The notes below the pieces were generated by a model. The model was not told where the DNA came from. It did no database searches and was given only the letters and a program-made list of their open reading frames with translations. A stretch of DNA of 64,000 bases from Lachnospiraceae bacterium (GTDB lineage: Bacteria > Bacillota > Clostridia > Lachnospirales > Lachnospiraceae). The position numbers and the translations under genes were made by a program. The first letter of the stretch is position 1. The number at the start of each line of letters is the position of its first letter. The stretch is taken from positions 271 to 64,270 of the forward strand of contig JAQUVX010000025.1 of NCBI GenBank assembly GCA_028693165.1, in the 5' to 3' direction. This document shows, piece after piece, positions 20,015 to 28,859 of this stretch.

Positions 20015-20827
20015 ATGAACATAAATGCGATTTTATCAAAAGAGAACATTTCCAAAGAGGAAGAAGCGATTGTAGTCAATGCGCTGGTTAAACGACTGCA
20101 AATAGAATTTCAAAAGAATGATCGAAGTGGAATTTATGGATATACGCAAAGAACAATGGGATACAATTCAAACAAGATTGAGGGCAGCACGTTAACTCCG
20201 GCCCAAACAGCATCCCTGTTTGATACTGGATCGATCCGGTCGTCGGGAGAGATGATGTTTCGGGCAAAAGATGTCGAGGAAATGACAGGACATTTTGTTA
20301 TGTTTAATAAGATTTTGTCAACGTTGTCGGAACCACTGTCGGAATCAATGATAAAAGAATTTCATTCTGCACTCAAGGCCGGAGTATTTGAAGATATTGC
20401 AAATGGCTATCCGATTGGTGAATACAAGAATCGTGCAAACATGGTATCGGATATAAGAACGTCTGCTCCGTCCGCTGTTCATGAAGATATGGCGAATCTG
20501 CTAAGATGCTATGAACCGGACAGAAAACACACACTGGAAGAAATCGCTGCCCTTCATGCCGGCTACGAACAGATTCATCCATTCCAGGATGGCAATGGAC
20601 GTACAGGACGCGCACTCGTTTTTCGGGAATGTCTTCGTTCAGAGATCATCCCTGTCATAATAAAGGATGAACGAAAAGCAGACTATTACCATGCGCTGCA
20701 TGATGCGCAAATTGACAGAAATGATACAAATCTGATGAAACTGTTTGCGCAGGATCAGGCAGAATATATGCTGGCACTGAAAGAATTTCTTCCTGTATAT
20801 GATCCGCGTCCAGTTGACGGGAAATGA
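20015..20827 (+). CDS. Fic family protein (AMPylase-type) with an N-terminal inhibitory motif
   Basis: Fic motif HPFQDGNGRTGR. An [ST]xxxE[GN]-type motif SNKIEG lies upstream of it in the protein. Confidence 0.9.
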   Translation: MNINAILSKENISKEEEAIVVNALVKRLQIEFQKNDRSGIYGYTQRTMGYNSNKIEGSTLTPAQTASLFDTGSIRSSGEMMFRAKDVEEMTGHFVMFNKILSTLSEPLSESMIKEFHSALKAGVFEDIANGYPIGEYKNRANMVSDIRTSAPSAVHEDMANLLRCYEPDRKHTLEEIAALHAGYEQIHPFQDGNGRTGRALVFRECLRSEIIPVIIKDERKADYYHALHDAQIDRNDTNLMKLFAQDQAEYMLALKEFLPVYDPRPVDGK

Positions 20828-20872
20828 GCAGAAAGACAGTACATTTGAATAACGAAATGCGAGAGGATTTAA

Positions 20873-21331
20873 ATGAAAATTTATGTGGATGCAGATGCCT
20901 GCCCGGTGGTGGATATCGTGGAGCGACTCGGCAAACAATATAATATTCCGGTGGTTTTGCTTTTTGACACGAATCATGTATTCACGTCCGATTACAGTGA
21001 GATTAAAATCGTTGGTGCCGGAGCGGACGCAGTTGATTTTGCTTTGATCAGTCTGTGCCGCAAAGGAGATCTTGTGGTCACTCAGGATTATGGTGTGGCG
21101 GCTATGGCTCTCGGAAAAGGAAGTTATGCAATCCATCAGTTGGGCAAATGGTATACAAATGATAATATAGATCAGCTCCTCATGGAACGTCATCTTGCGA
21201 AAGCATACAGGAGAAAGTCGGCGAAGAATCATTTAAAAGGACCACGAAAACGGACAGAGGAGGATGATTTGAGATTTGCAGAATCGTTTGAACGGATGAT
21301 CAAACAGGCAGAGTCGTTTTCGGACAGATAA
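20873..21331 (+). CDS. YaiI/YqxD family protein (UPF0178/DUF188)
   Basis: The N-terminus MKIYVDADACPV and the size are typical of this family. Confidence 0.8.
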   Translation: MKIYVDADACPVVDIVERLGKQYNIPVVLLFDTNHVFTSDYSEIKIVGAGADAVDFALISLCRKGDLVVTQDYGVAAMALGKGSYAIHQLGKWYTNDNIDQLLMERHLAKAYRRKSAKNHLKGPRKRTEEDDLRFAESFERMIKQAESFSDR

Positions 21332-21396
21332 GCGAATAAATCAGGAATATTTTTAAAATCCCTCCATAGACTTTTAAGAGTCAGGAGGGATTTTTT

Positions 21397-22491
21397 ATGC
21401 GTAAAAGACTGCTGGCAGGAATAATTCTGCTGCTTTTGCCGTGGATATTGTCACTTTTCTGGATGCGGGCGGCCCGGCAGAGCACGGAGGCCGCAGCAGG
21501 GACACCGGCACCGTCTGAGACGGTGGCGACTGGCATACTTAGAATAGGAAAGGGAACAGAAAGCGGAGCGGAGACGGAACTTGAGGCGGGAGTGCAATCC
21601 AGGGCGGGAACGCAATCCGGGACGGGAATGCAATCCGGGGAGGGAACACAACCCGACGGCACAGACCGGCGGATTCTCATGGAGCGGGATGGAATTTCCA
21701 CCTATATGGCGCTGGAGGACTACCTTCCGGGAGTGATTGCCTGTCAGATTAATCCGGATTACAGCCTGGAGGCGCTGAAATGTCAGGCTGTCATTGCGCG
21801 TACCTATATTTATCGTCTGATGGATGGGCGGGGGGAGATTCAGGAGGAAGAATTGGATCTGGATTACCTGGAGGAGCGGACACAGACGCCTGATTCCGAC
21901 GGTGCTTCCATGGTGCGGGCAAAGGAGCGGATAGTGGAGAATTTAAGCCGCTTCCGCCAGGCGGTGCAGCAGACCCAGCACGTCGTCATGAAGTATGATG
22001 GCCGCTGCATTCTGCCACTGTTTCATGCGAGGAACAATGGAAGAACCAGACAGGGGGACGCAGCATATCCCTATTTGCAGGCAGTTGACAGCAAATGGGA
22101 TACCTGGAGGGCGGACAGTGAGTTGACAAAAATCTGGAGTCTGGCAGACTTTGCGGAGCGGATTAATCAGATTCCGGAGGCGTCATTGGTTACGCCGGAT
22201 CAGCTTGCCGGACAGATCCAGACGGTGAAGAAGGATGATTCCGGGTATGTGCTGGAGATGAAGATCGGGGCGAAAACCTACTCCGGGGAGGAGATCCAGT
22301 ATGCGCTGGGTCTTTCATCCTCCTGCTTTGCATTCAGTGTGTCAGGCGATGAGGTGAAGGCTGTCGTGCGGGGGAGCGGCCATGGGTACGGGCTCAGTCA
22401 GGCGGGTGCCGAGGGGATGGCTGCGGAGAACTGGGGCTACGAAGAAATTCTGCAATATTATTATAAAAATATTTTAATTGTCACTGAATAA
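21397..22491 (+). CDS. spoIID: Stage II sporulation protein D (SpoIID/LytB lytic transglycosylase)
   Basis: EALKCQAVIARTY and GHGYGLSQAGAEGMA motifs. The signal anchor is followed by a low-complexity Gly/Thr/Gln/Ser repeat. Confidence 0.85.
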   Translation: MRKRLLAGIILLLLPWILSLFWMRAARQSTEAAAGTPAPSETVATGILRIGKGTESGAETELEAGVQSRAGTQSGTGMQSGEGTQPDGTDRRILMERDGISTYMALEDYLPGVIACQINPDYSLEALKCQAVIARTYIYRLMDGRGEIQEEELDLDYLEERTQTPDSDGASMVRAKERIVENLSRFRQAVQQTQHVVMKYDGRCILPLFHARNNGRTRQGDAAYPYLQAVDSKWDTWRADSELTKIWSLADFAERINQIPEASLVTPDQLAGQIQTVKKDDSGYVLEMKIGAKTYSGEEIQYALGLSSSCFAFSVSGDEVKAVVRGSGHGYGLSQAGAEGMAAENWGYEEILQYYYKNILIVTE

Positions 22492-22532
22492 GATCAATCG
22501 CTTTGGTAAGAATAGTACCGAGGTGATAAACG

Positions 22533-23327
22533 GTGAAAGAGAAAATGAATCAGATGTTCAAGGACAAATTGTTCCTTGTCATGCTGGTCCTGGGCCTGCT
22601 GACTATAGTAGCTGCGGCGGGAATCATGACCATGCAGAAAGGCAGCGGACAGGAAGAAAATCCATATGTGGACATGCAGGGGCAGGGAGAGTTTCTTGCG
22701 GAGGAATCGGCAGAGCAGGCACCGGTCGCAGGGGAATCCAATGCTCAGGAAACTGCATCACAGGAGACAAAAGAAGAAATCAAGAAGGCCGAGCTTCCGA
22801 AAAATACGGATACGGTTGTGACAGAAGATGCATACGAAGTGTCGGAAGCAGACCGGGAGGACGCGCAGGCCGTCGGAACCGGACTTTCTGCGGCGAAAGC
22901 GCTGGTGCTTGATTTTGCGGAAACCAGCAGGATGACATGGCCCGTGCGAGGCAATATCGTGCTGGACTACAACATGGAATCCACCGTCTATTTTCCGACG
23001 CTGGATCAGTACAAATGCAATTCCGGTCTGGTTATTCAGGGCGAAATCAGTGATCCGGTCTATGCGCCGGCCAACGCCCGTGTGCTGGAGTCGGGCACCA
23101 ATGAGGAGATCGGAGGCTATCTGACGCTGGATCTGGGCAACGGCTATACGGCTGTCTGCGGACAGCTTAAGGATGTGGCGGTCGCTGCAGGAGAATATCT
23201 GGAGCAGGGACAGCTTCTCGGCTACGTCGCAGAGCCGACCAAGTATTACACAATCGAGGGCAGCAACGTATATTTTCAGTTGAAGCATGACGGACAGGCC
23301 GTCGATCCGCTGAATTATATGGAATGA
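22533..23327 (+). CDS. LytM/M23-fold membrane protein with degenerate metal ligands (SpoIIQ-like candidate)
   Basis: N-terminal TM segment. The C-terminal M23-like core (GYLTLDLGNGYTAVCGQL, GQLLGYV, VYFQLKHDGQAVDP) lacks His at the HxxxD and HxH positions. It sits directly after spoIID. Confidence 0.7.
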   Translation: MKEKMNQMFKDKLFLVMLVLGLLTIVAAAGIMTMQKGSGQEENPYVDMQGQGEFLAEESAEQAPVAGESNAQETASQETKEEIKKAELPKNTDTVVTEDAYEVSEADREDAQAVGTGLSAAKALVLDFAETSRMTWPVRGNIVLDYNMESTVYFPTLDQYKCNSGLVIQGEISDPVYAPANARVLESGTNEEIGGYLTLDLGNGYTAVCGQLKDVAVAAGEYLEQGQLLGYVAEPTKYYTIEGSNVYFQLKHDGQAVDPLNYME

Positions 23328-23375
23328 GAAAAAGAGACGGAAACGTCTCTTTTTGCTTGGGCGCGGCCTTTGCGG

Positions 23376-24260
23376 CTACAGGTAAACGCTGGAGGCCAGA
23401 CGGATGAATTCGTCCATCTCGCGGGTTTTCCATTTGTCCTTGTGATAGAAAATCTGGCGGTACATGGAGAGGCGGAAATTGGTCACGTTTAAGACGGCCA
23501 CCTTGCCCTGTTCGGCACTTTCCTGAACTGCAAAATAGGGGAGCAGGGAAATGCCCTCGTTCTGTTCGATCATTTTTAAGATAAACTGCGTGTTGCTGCA
23601 TTCGAGTAACGGTGTGACGATGCGCTTTTTCGCGGCGAGAAAACGGTCGAAGGCGCGCCGGTAATTGGCATTTTGCTCGGTCAGGAAAAAGGGCATACTG
23701 AGCAGTTCTTCCAGCTTCAGATTCCGGATTCCGGCGAGGCGGCAGGTGGGGGAGGAGACGAACACGATGGATTCCTTCGTCTCCATGACACGGTTCCAAC
23801 GGTTGTTGTAGCGCGGCTCATCCAAAATATAGATGAGATCCAGTTGATTGTGATTCATCATTTCGAGAAGTTCCTCTGGGGAGGCGGTGGTAATGCGGAT
23901 GGCGACGTTCGGATGGTACAGCCGGAAATGATGCAGGATCGGCGGCAGCTTGGTGGAGCACAGGGATTCGATCGTGCCGATGTGCAATTCATTTTTAAGC
24001 TCCGTCTCATCGCCGACGGAGAGCTGTGCCTTGTTCACCTCATGTAGAATGCTGTGGGCGTGGGAGAGAAACTCTTTCCCCTGCGAGGTCAAATTGATCC
24101 GCTTGCCGATGCGGTCAAACAGGCGGGTGTTTAACTCTTCCTCCAGCAGCCGGATCTGGACGGTGACGGCAGACTGGGAGTAGCCGAGGCTCTCCGCAGC
24201 CTTGGAAAAGCTCTGCATCTGAACGATGCGGATAAAGGTATTGAGCTGACGCAGTTCCAT
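23376..24260 (-). CDS. LysR family transcriptional regulator
   Basis: N-terminal wHTH (LNTFIRIVQMQSFSKAAESLGYSQSAVT). It is divergent from sdaAB. Confidence 0.85.
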   Translation of the reverse strand: MELRQLNTFIRIVQMQSFSKAAESLGYSQSAVTVQIRLLEEELNTRLFDRIGKRINLTSQGKEFLSHAHSILHEVNKAQLSVGDETELKNELHIGTIESLCSTKLPPILHHFRLYHPNVAIRITTASPEELLEMMNHNQLDLIYILDEPRYNNRWNRVMETKESIVFVSSPTCRLAGIRNLKLEELLSMPFFLTEQNANYRRAFDRFLAAKKRIVTPLLECSNTQFILKMIEQNEGISLLPYFAVQESAEQGKVAVLNVTNFRLSMYRQIFYHKDKWKTREMDEFIRLASSVYL

Positions 24261-24414
24261 GGAATCCTCCTCTCATCGATGAAAATAATTCAACAACTAT
24301 ATAAAATCTATGAATTTGATTTGCGTATATTGCCATGATACAATAATGTCAAGACAGGGTCAATGATCAATTTTTAGAAAAATACATACTCAGAACAGAG
24401 CGGGAGGCAGTGCA

Positions 24415-25083
24415 ATGGCATTTATCAGCGTATTTGATGTTCTTGGACCGAACATGATCGGGCCATCCAGTTCTCACACGGCAGGAACCGCGGTGATCGC
24501 TTATCTGGCACACAAGATGATCGCCGGGCCGATCAAACAGGTGGAATTCATACTTTATGGTTCATTCTCCAAGACCTACAAGGGACACGGAACGGATCGG
24601 GCACTGCTTGGCGGAATCATGGGGTTTGGAACCGATGATACCCGGATTCGCGATTCCTTTTCGATTGCGAAGGAGCGCGGGCTGGAATATCATTTCACAA
24701 TCAACGAGACCGAGACCGATATTTATCCCAATACCGTGGATATCATGATGACGAACGAGGCTGGCCAGACGATGACCGTCCGCGGCGAATCCCTGGGCGG
24801 CGGCAAGGTGCGCATCGTGCGGATTAATGGCGTCGAGGTGGATTTTACCGGCGAATACAGCGCGATCATCGTGGTGCATCAGGACAAGCCGGGCGTGGTG
24901 GCGCACATCACGAAATGCTTAAGCGACCGCAATGCCAACATCGCCTTCATGCGTCTGTTCCGCGAGTCCAGAGGGCACACGGCGTACACGATTGTGGAAT
25001 CCGACGATCATCTGCCGGAGAACATCGTGGAGAGTCTGAAAGAAAACAGCAACGTGCATGACGTCATGGTCATACAGTCATAG
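24415..25083 (+). CDS. sdaAB: L-serine ammonia-lyase (iron-sulfur type), beta subunit
   Basis: N-terminus SVFDVLGPNMIGPSSSHTAG plus a C-terminal ACT-like region, followed by the alpha subunit gene. Confidence 0.9.
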   Translation: MAFISVFDVLGPNMIGPSSSHTAGTAVIAYLAHKMIAGPIKQVEFILYGSFSKTYKGHGTDRALLGGIMGFGTDDTRIRDSFSIAKERGLEYHFTINETETDIYPNTVDIMMTNEAGQTMTVRGESLGGGKVRIVRINGVEVDFTGEYSAIIVVHQDKPGVVAHITKCLSDRNANIAFMRLFRESRGHTAYTIVESDDHLPENIVESLKENSNVHDVMVIQS

Positions 25084-25104
25084 GACCGCTGGGAGGAAAA
25101 AGGT

Positions 25105-25974
25105 ATGGATTTTAAAAACGCAAAAGAATTGTTGAAATTATGCGAAGAACAACATATGCAGATCTCCGAGGTTATGCGGCAGCGAGAGTGCGACATGGGG
25201 GAGACGACCTGCGACATCATCGACCACAAGATGCGCCGGGTTCTTGAGATCATGCGAAATTCCGCAACCCAGCCAATCAAGACGCCGGTTCGCTCAATGG
25301 GCGGTCTGATCGGCGGAGAGGCAAAGAAGCTGGATGTTCACCGCGCCAGGGGGGAAAGCATCTGCGGCGGTGTCCTGGGCCGCGCCATCATGTATTCCAT
25401 GGCAGTCCTTGAGGTCAATGCCACCATGGGACTGATTGTGGCGGCGCCGACGGCAGGCTCTTCGGGAGTCGTTCCGGGGCTGCTGCTGGCACTTCAGGAG
25501 GAGTATCATATTTCGGATGAACGTATTCTTGATGCGCTGATGACAGCCGGTGCGATCGGTTACCTTGCCATGAATAATGCCACGGTAGCGGGAGCGGTCG
25601 GCGGATGTCAGGCGGAGGTCGGTGTGGCGTCGGCCATGGCGGCGGCAGCGGCAGTGGAGCTGATGGGCGGGAGACCGTCACAGTGTCTGGATGCGGCTTC
25701 GACGGTATTGATGAATATGCTTGGTCTGGTCTGTGACCCGGTCGCAGGTTTGGTGGAATACCCGTGTCAGAACCGCAATGCGGCCGGAGTTGCCAATGCG
25801 CTGACGGCGGCGGAACTGGCGCTGAGTGAGGTCCCGCAGCTGATCCCGCTGGACGAGATGATCGACACCATGTATACCGTAGGAAAAAAGCTCCCCTCAG
25901 AACTGCGTGAGACGGCTCAGGGCGGTTGTGCGACCACACCGTCTGCCTGCGCGTTATGCGCGCAGTGTTTCTGA
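25105..25974 (+). CDS. sdaAA: L-serine ammonia-lyase (iron-sulfur type), alpha subunit
   Basis: Typical SdaAA core (APTAGSSGVVPG, GCQAEVGVASAMAA), adjacent to sdaAB. Confidence 0.9.
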   Translation: MDFKNAKELLKLCEEQHMQISEVMRQRECDMGETTCDIIDHKMRRVLEIMRNSATQPIKTPVRSMGGLIGGEAKKLDVHRARGESICGGVLGRAIMYSMAVLEVNATMGLIVAAPTAGSSGVVPGLLLALQEEYHISDERILDALMTAGAIGYLAMNNATVAGAVGGCQAEVGVASAMAAAAAVELMGGRPSQCLDAASTVLMNMLGLVCDPVAGLVEYPCQNRNAAGVANALTAAELALSEVPQLIPLDEMIDTMYTVGKKLPSELRETAQGGCATTPSACALCAQCF

Positions 25975-26086
25975 TCAAAAGGAATCATTATGAAAGAATT
26001 CATGAGATTTTCATGATTTGTTCATACATTTACAGGGAAAATATGGTATAGTTTTCAAGTAAACGAATAGGAGAAGGGAGCTGCCT

Positions 26087-26539
26087 GTGAACATTTTATT
26101 TTTCCTTACCCCAAAGAGTGAGATTGCACATATCCATGAAGAGGATTCCATCCGTCAGGCCTTGGAGAAGATGGAATACCACAAGTTTTCAGCAGTGCCG
26201 ATTTTGACAAGAGACGGTTATTATGCGGGAACGATCACGGAGGGCGATCTGCTGTGGGGAATTAAGAATCAGTTTGATTTGAATCTGAAGGAAGCGGAGG
26301 ATATTCCGGTTACCCGGATTCGCCGCAGGATGGATTATCTTCCTGTTTTTGCAAAATCGAACATGGAAGATCTGATTGATCGCGCGTTAAACCAGAATTT
26401 TGTGCCGGTGGTGGACGACCGTGGGCTGTTCATCGGTATCATTACCCGTAAAGACATCATTCGATATTATGCGGAGCGGGGCAATGGCGGCGGCAAGACA
26501 GGAGCTGCGAAAGACGCTGTGAAGGATATGGCAGAATGA
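26087..26539 (+). CDS. CBS domain pair protein
   Basis: 150-aa ORF with a GTG start after GGAGAAGGGAG and two CBS-like repeats. Confidence 0.75.
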   Translation: MNILFFLTPKSEIAHIHEEDSIRQALEKMEYHKFSAVPILTRDGYYAGTITEGDLLWGIKNQFDLNLKEAEDIPVTRIRRRMDYLPVFAKSNMEDLIDRALNQNFVPVVDDRGLFIGIITRKDIIRYYAERGNGGGKTGAAKDAVKDMAE

Positions 26540-26555
26540 GGGAGACGGTGATGAC

Positions 26556-26804
26556 ATGCTGAAGGTCTATGGAACGATGCTCTGTAAGGACTGTGTAGCC
26601 TGTGTGGAGAAATACGAGCAGGAGGGGATTGCTTTTACATTCTGCGATTTTAAGGATGACCTGGATTATTTGAAGAAATTTTTAAAACTGCGCGATGCAG
26701 ATCCCATGTTTGCCGACATCCGGGCGCATGACGGCATCGGCATTCCCTGTGTGGAGAAAGAGGACGGGAGCTTTACCCTGGATTGGGAATCCTGCCTGAA
26801 ATAA
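26556..26804 (+). CDS. Small glutaredoxin/thioredoxin-fold protein
   Basis: 82-aa protein with N-terminal CKDC (CxxC) in a beta-alpha context. Confidence 0.55.
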   Translation: MLKVYGTMLCKDCVACVEKYEQEGIAFTFCDFKDDLDYLKKFLKLRDADPMFADIRAHDGIGIPCVEKEDGSFTLDWESCLK

Positions 26805-26826
26805 GATTGTCAGAGTACAGAAAGAA

Positions 26827-26858
26827 CGAGGAGCAGGGCGTAAAACCCCTGCTCCTCG
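26827..26858. terminator. Bidirectional hairpin between convergent genes
   Basis: CGAGGAGCAGGG / CCCTGCTCCTCG perfect 12-bp stem. Confidence 0.65.
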
Positions 26859-26883
26859 CTACGTTGTGCAGATCAGAATGCTC

Positions 26884-27231
26884 TTAGCCACAGTCACAGT
26901 CACTACCGCCTACTGTGGCCGCTTCGCGTCTGCCTCCACACCCACGGTCAGTGCCGCAGCCACACCCACGGTCAGTGCCGCAGCCACATCCACGGCCAGT
27001 GCCACATCCGCAGCCACATCCGGTGCCGGTTCCGCATCCACCGGAAGCGTTTGCTGCGCGGCAGCCGTCCTCAAAGCCTTCCCGGTAGCCGGCAGCGAAC
27101 CCTGCGCGGTAAGCCTGCCGAATCCGATTGCTGATGTTCCCGCATTCATTGCTGCCAGTGCCGCAGCCATTGCATCCCCCACATCTGTTACATCCATTTC
27201 CGCATCCATTACAGCTATTCCATGCACACAT
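26884..27231 (-). CDS. Cys/Gly-rich repeat protein, divergent from cotJABC (candidate spore-coat-associated protein)
   Basis: The ATG at 27231 is preceded by AAAGGAGA. The product begins MCAWNSCNGCGNGCNRCGGCNGCG, has a central AYRAGFAAGYREGFEDG segment, and ends with CGCGTDRG-type repeats. The gene is followed by the hairpin at 26827..26858. Confidence 0.6.
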   Translation of the reverse strand: MCAWNSCNGCGNGCNRCGGCNGCGTGSNECGNISNRIRQAYRAGFAAGYREGFEDGCRAANASGGCGTGTGCGCGCGTGRGCGCGTDRGCGCGTDRGCGGRREAATVGGSDCDCG

Positions 27232-27372
27232 ATGATAAATCTCCTTTAATTTGGTTTGTACTTTATCGTATGTGGACAGTGGGACGGGTGTGACAACCAT
27301 GAAAAAGGGAACCAGAGGACGATCACAATCATACCATGATACTAGAAACTTCCGAGAGGAAAGGAGCTAGCA

Positions 27373-27834
27373 ATGGATTGTGATTGTAATCAACGGAGTA
27401 CCTGCCCGCCGAGACCGCGGGTGCAGAATCCTCCGTGTATGAATACGAATTGCGACAGAAATGCGGAGAGGATACCAGGAATGATGCCGGCGAATACAAC
27501 AGGGGCGATGCCGGGGATGATGCCGGAGACGATGTCTGGGAAAATGCAAATGCGTGGAATGATGCCGGAGACGATGCCCGAGACGATGGCGGGAACGATG
27601 CCGGGAACGATGCGTGGAACGATGCCGGAGACGATGGCGGGAACGATGCCTGGAACGATGTTGGAGGCATGGAACCGGTCCGGGCACGATGGCCTGCGGG
27701 GAATGCCGATTGCGATGGGATATGTGCCGTGGCAGCAGTGGAGCCAGACCTATCCGCTGGAGCAGGGGCTGATACGGGGAACTATTTTCCCGGAGCTGGA
27801 TCTGCCGTTTGTGATGGGGAGGTGCCGCGGATGA
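27373..27834 (+). CDS. cotJA: Spore coat associated protein CotJA with an inserted Met/Pro/Thr/Gly repeat
   Basis: The C-terminal MGYVPWQQW...GTIFPELDLPF signature matches CotJA, and the gene overlaps the cotJB start. It contains MPETMAGTMPGTM-type repeats. Confidence 0.8.
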   Translation: MDCDCNQRSTCPPRPRVQNPPCMNTNCDRNAERIPGMMPANTTGAMPGMMPETMSGKMQMRGMMPETMPETMAGTMPGTMRGTMPETMAGTMPGTMLEAWNRSGHDGLRGMPIAMGYVPWQQWSQTYPLEQGLIRGTIFPELDLPFVMGRCRG

Positions 27835-28088
27835 TGTGTGGATGCAATAAGCAGCAGCTTTGGATGGTCTACCAGACCGGATTTGCGCTGGATGACATCA
27901 AACTTTACCTGGATACTCATGTGGATGATCAGGATGCCATGAATTATTACAATTATGTCCGCCGCGCCCATCGGGATGCTGTTCGCGCCTATGAGCAGTC
28001 CTGTGGTCCACTGACGGCAGATCAGGTGACCTCGGAAAACTGGAACTGGGTGGAGAGTCCATGGCCATGGGAAGGAGGGAGCCGATAA
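27831..28088 (+). CDS. cotJB: Spore coat protein CotJB
   Basis: 85-aa product (LWMVYQTGFALDDIKLYLDTH...NWNWVESPWPWE). Its ATG overlaps the cotJA stop (ATGA). Confidence 0.85.
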   Translation: MMCGCNKQQLWMVYQTGFALDDIKLYLDTHVDDQDAMNYYNYVRRAHRDAVRAYEQSCGPLTADQVTSENWNWVESPWPWEGGSR

Positions 28089-28700
28089 ATGTGGAATTAT
28101 GAAAAGCGTTTGCAGTACCCGGTCAATATCTCTCAAACAAATCCGAAGCTGGCTCAGTTTATCATCAGCCAGTATGGAGGGCCGGATGGAGAATCAGCGG
28201 CAGCCATGCGGTATTTGAGTCAGCGGTATGCCATGCCTTATGACAAAGGAAAAGCGGTTCTCACGGATATTGGCAGCGAAGAACTCAATCACTGGGAAAT
28301 CATCGCGGCCATCGTGCACCAGCTGACCCGTAACCTGACACCGAAGGAGATCGAGGAGTCGGGCTTTGGACCGTATTATATCGATCACACGACCGGAGTG
28401 TGGCCGCAGGCAGCGGGGGGCATACCGTTTAATGCCTGTGAATTCCAGTCCAAGGGCGATCCGATCACAGATCTGTTCGAGAATCTGGCGGCGGAGCAGA
28501 AGGCAAGAACCACCTACGACAATATTCTTCGCATGGTCAAAGACCCGGAGGTGTGCGATCCGATCCGTTTCCTGAGAGAGCGGGAAGTGGTGCATTTCCA
28601 GCGGTTCGGTGAAGCCCTGCGGGATGTGCAGGAGCATTTGGACAGCCGGAATTTCTATGCATTCAATCCGGCATTTGACCGCGCCGGCTGCAATAGCTGA
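28089..28700 (+). CDS. cotJC: Spore coat protein CotJC (manganese catalase family)
   Basis: N-terminus MWNYEKRLQYPV and the GGPDGESAAAMRYLSQRY and EELNHWE motifs. Confidence 0.9.
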   Translation: MWNYEKRLQYPVNISQTNPKLAQFIISQYGGPDGESAAAMRYLSQRYAMPYDKGKAVLTDIGSEELNHWEIIAAIVHQLTRNLTPKEIEESGFGPYYIDHTTGVWPQAAGGIPFNACEFQSKGDPITDLFENLAAEQKARTTYDNILRMVKDPEVCDPIRFLREREVVHFQRFGEALRDVQEHLDSRNFYAFNPAFDRAGCNS

Positions 28701-28859
28701 GTACCTGTCTCTATTATATACAAAAACAGGGAAAACGATTTGTATAAACTGCCCATTGATTTCAGTGGGCAGTTGTGCTATTGTATACTTACAAGTAACT
28801 TGTATACAATTAAAAATGATTGTATACAATGACAAGGCATAGTAAAAGGAGAAAAAACG

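Noticed and set aside
26900-27660. Repeat tracts around the cotJA promoter region, and the long ORFs on the opposite strands (26866..27249 +, 27329..27687 -)
   Set aside because: These are coding tandem repeats of the Cys/Gly-rich gene and of cotJA. The opposite-strand ORFs lack an RBS and encode low-complexity mirror sequences.
27435-27830. N-terminal 132 aa of ORF 27435..28088
   Set aside because: Only the last 85 codons, from the ATG at 27831 (which overlaps the cotJA stop), match CotJB. The upstream part is an alternative-frame reading of the cotJA repeat region.
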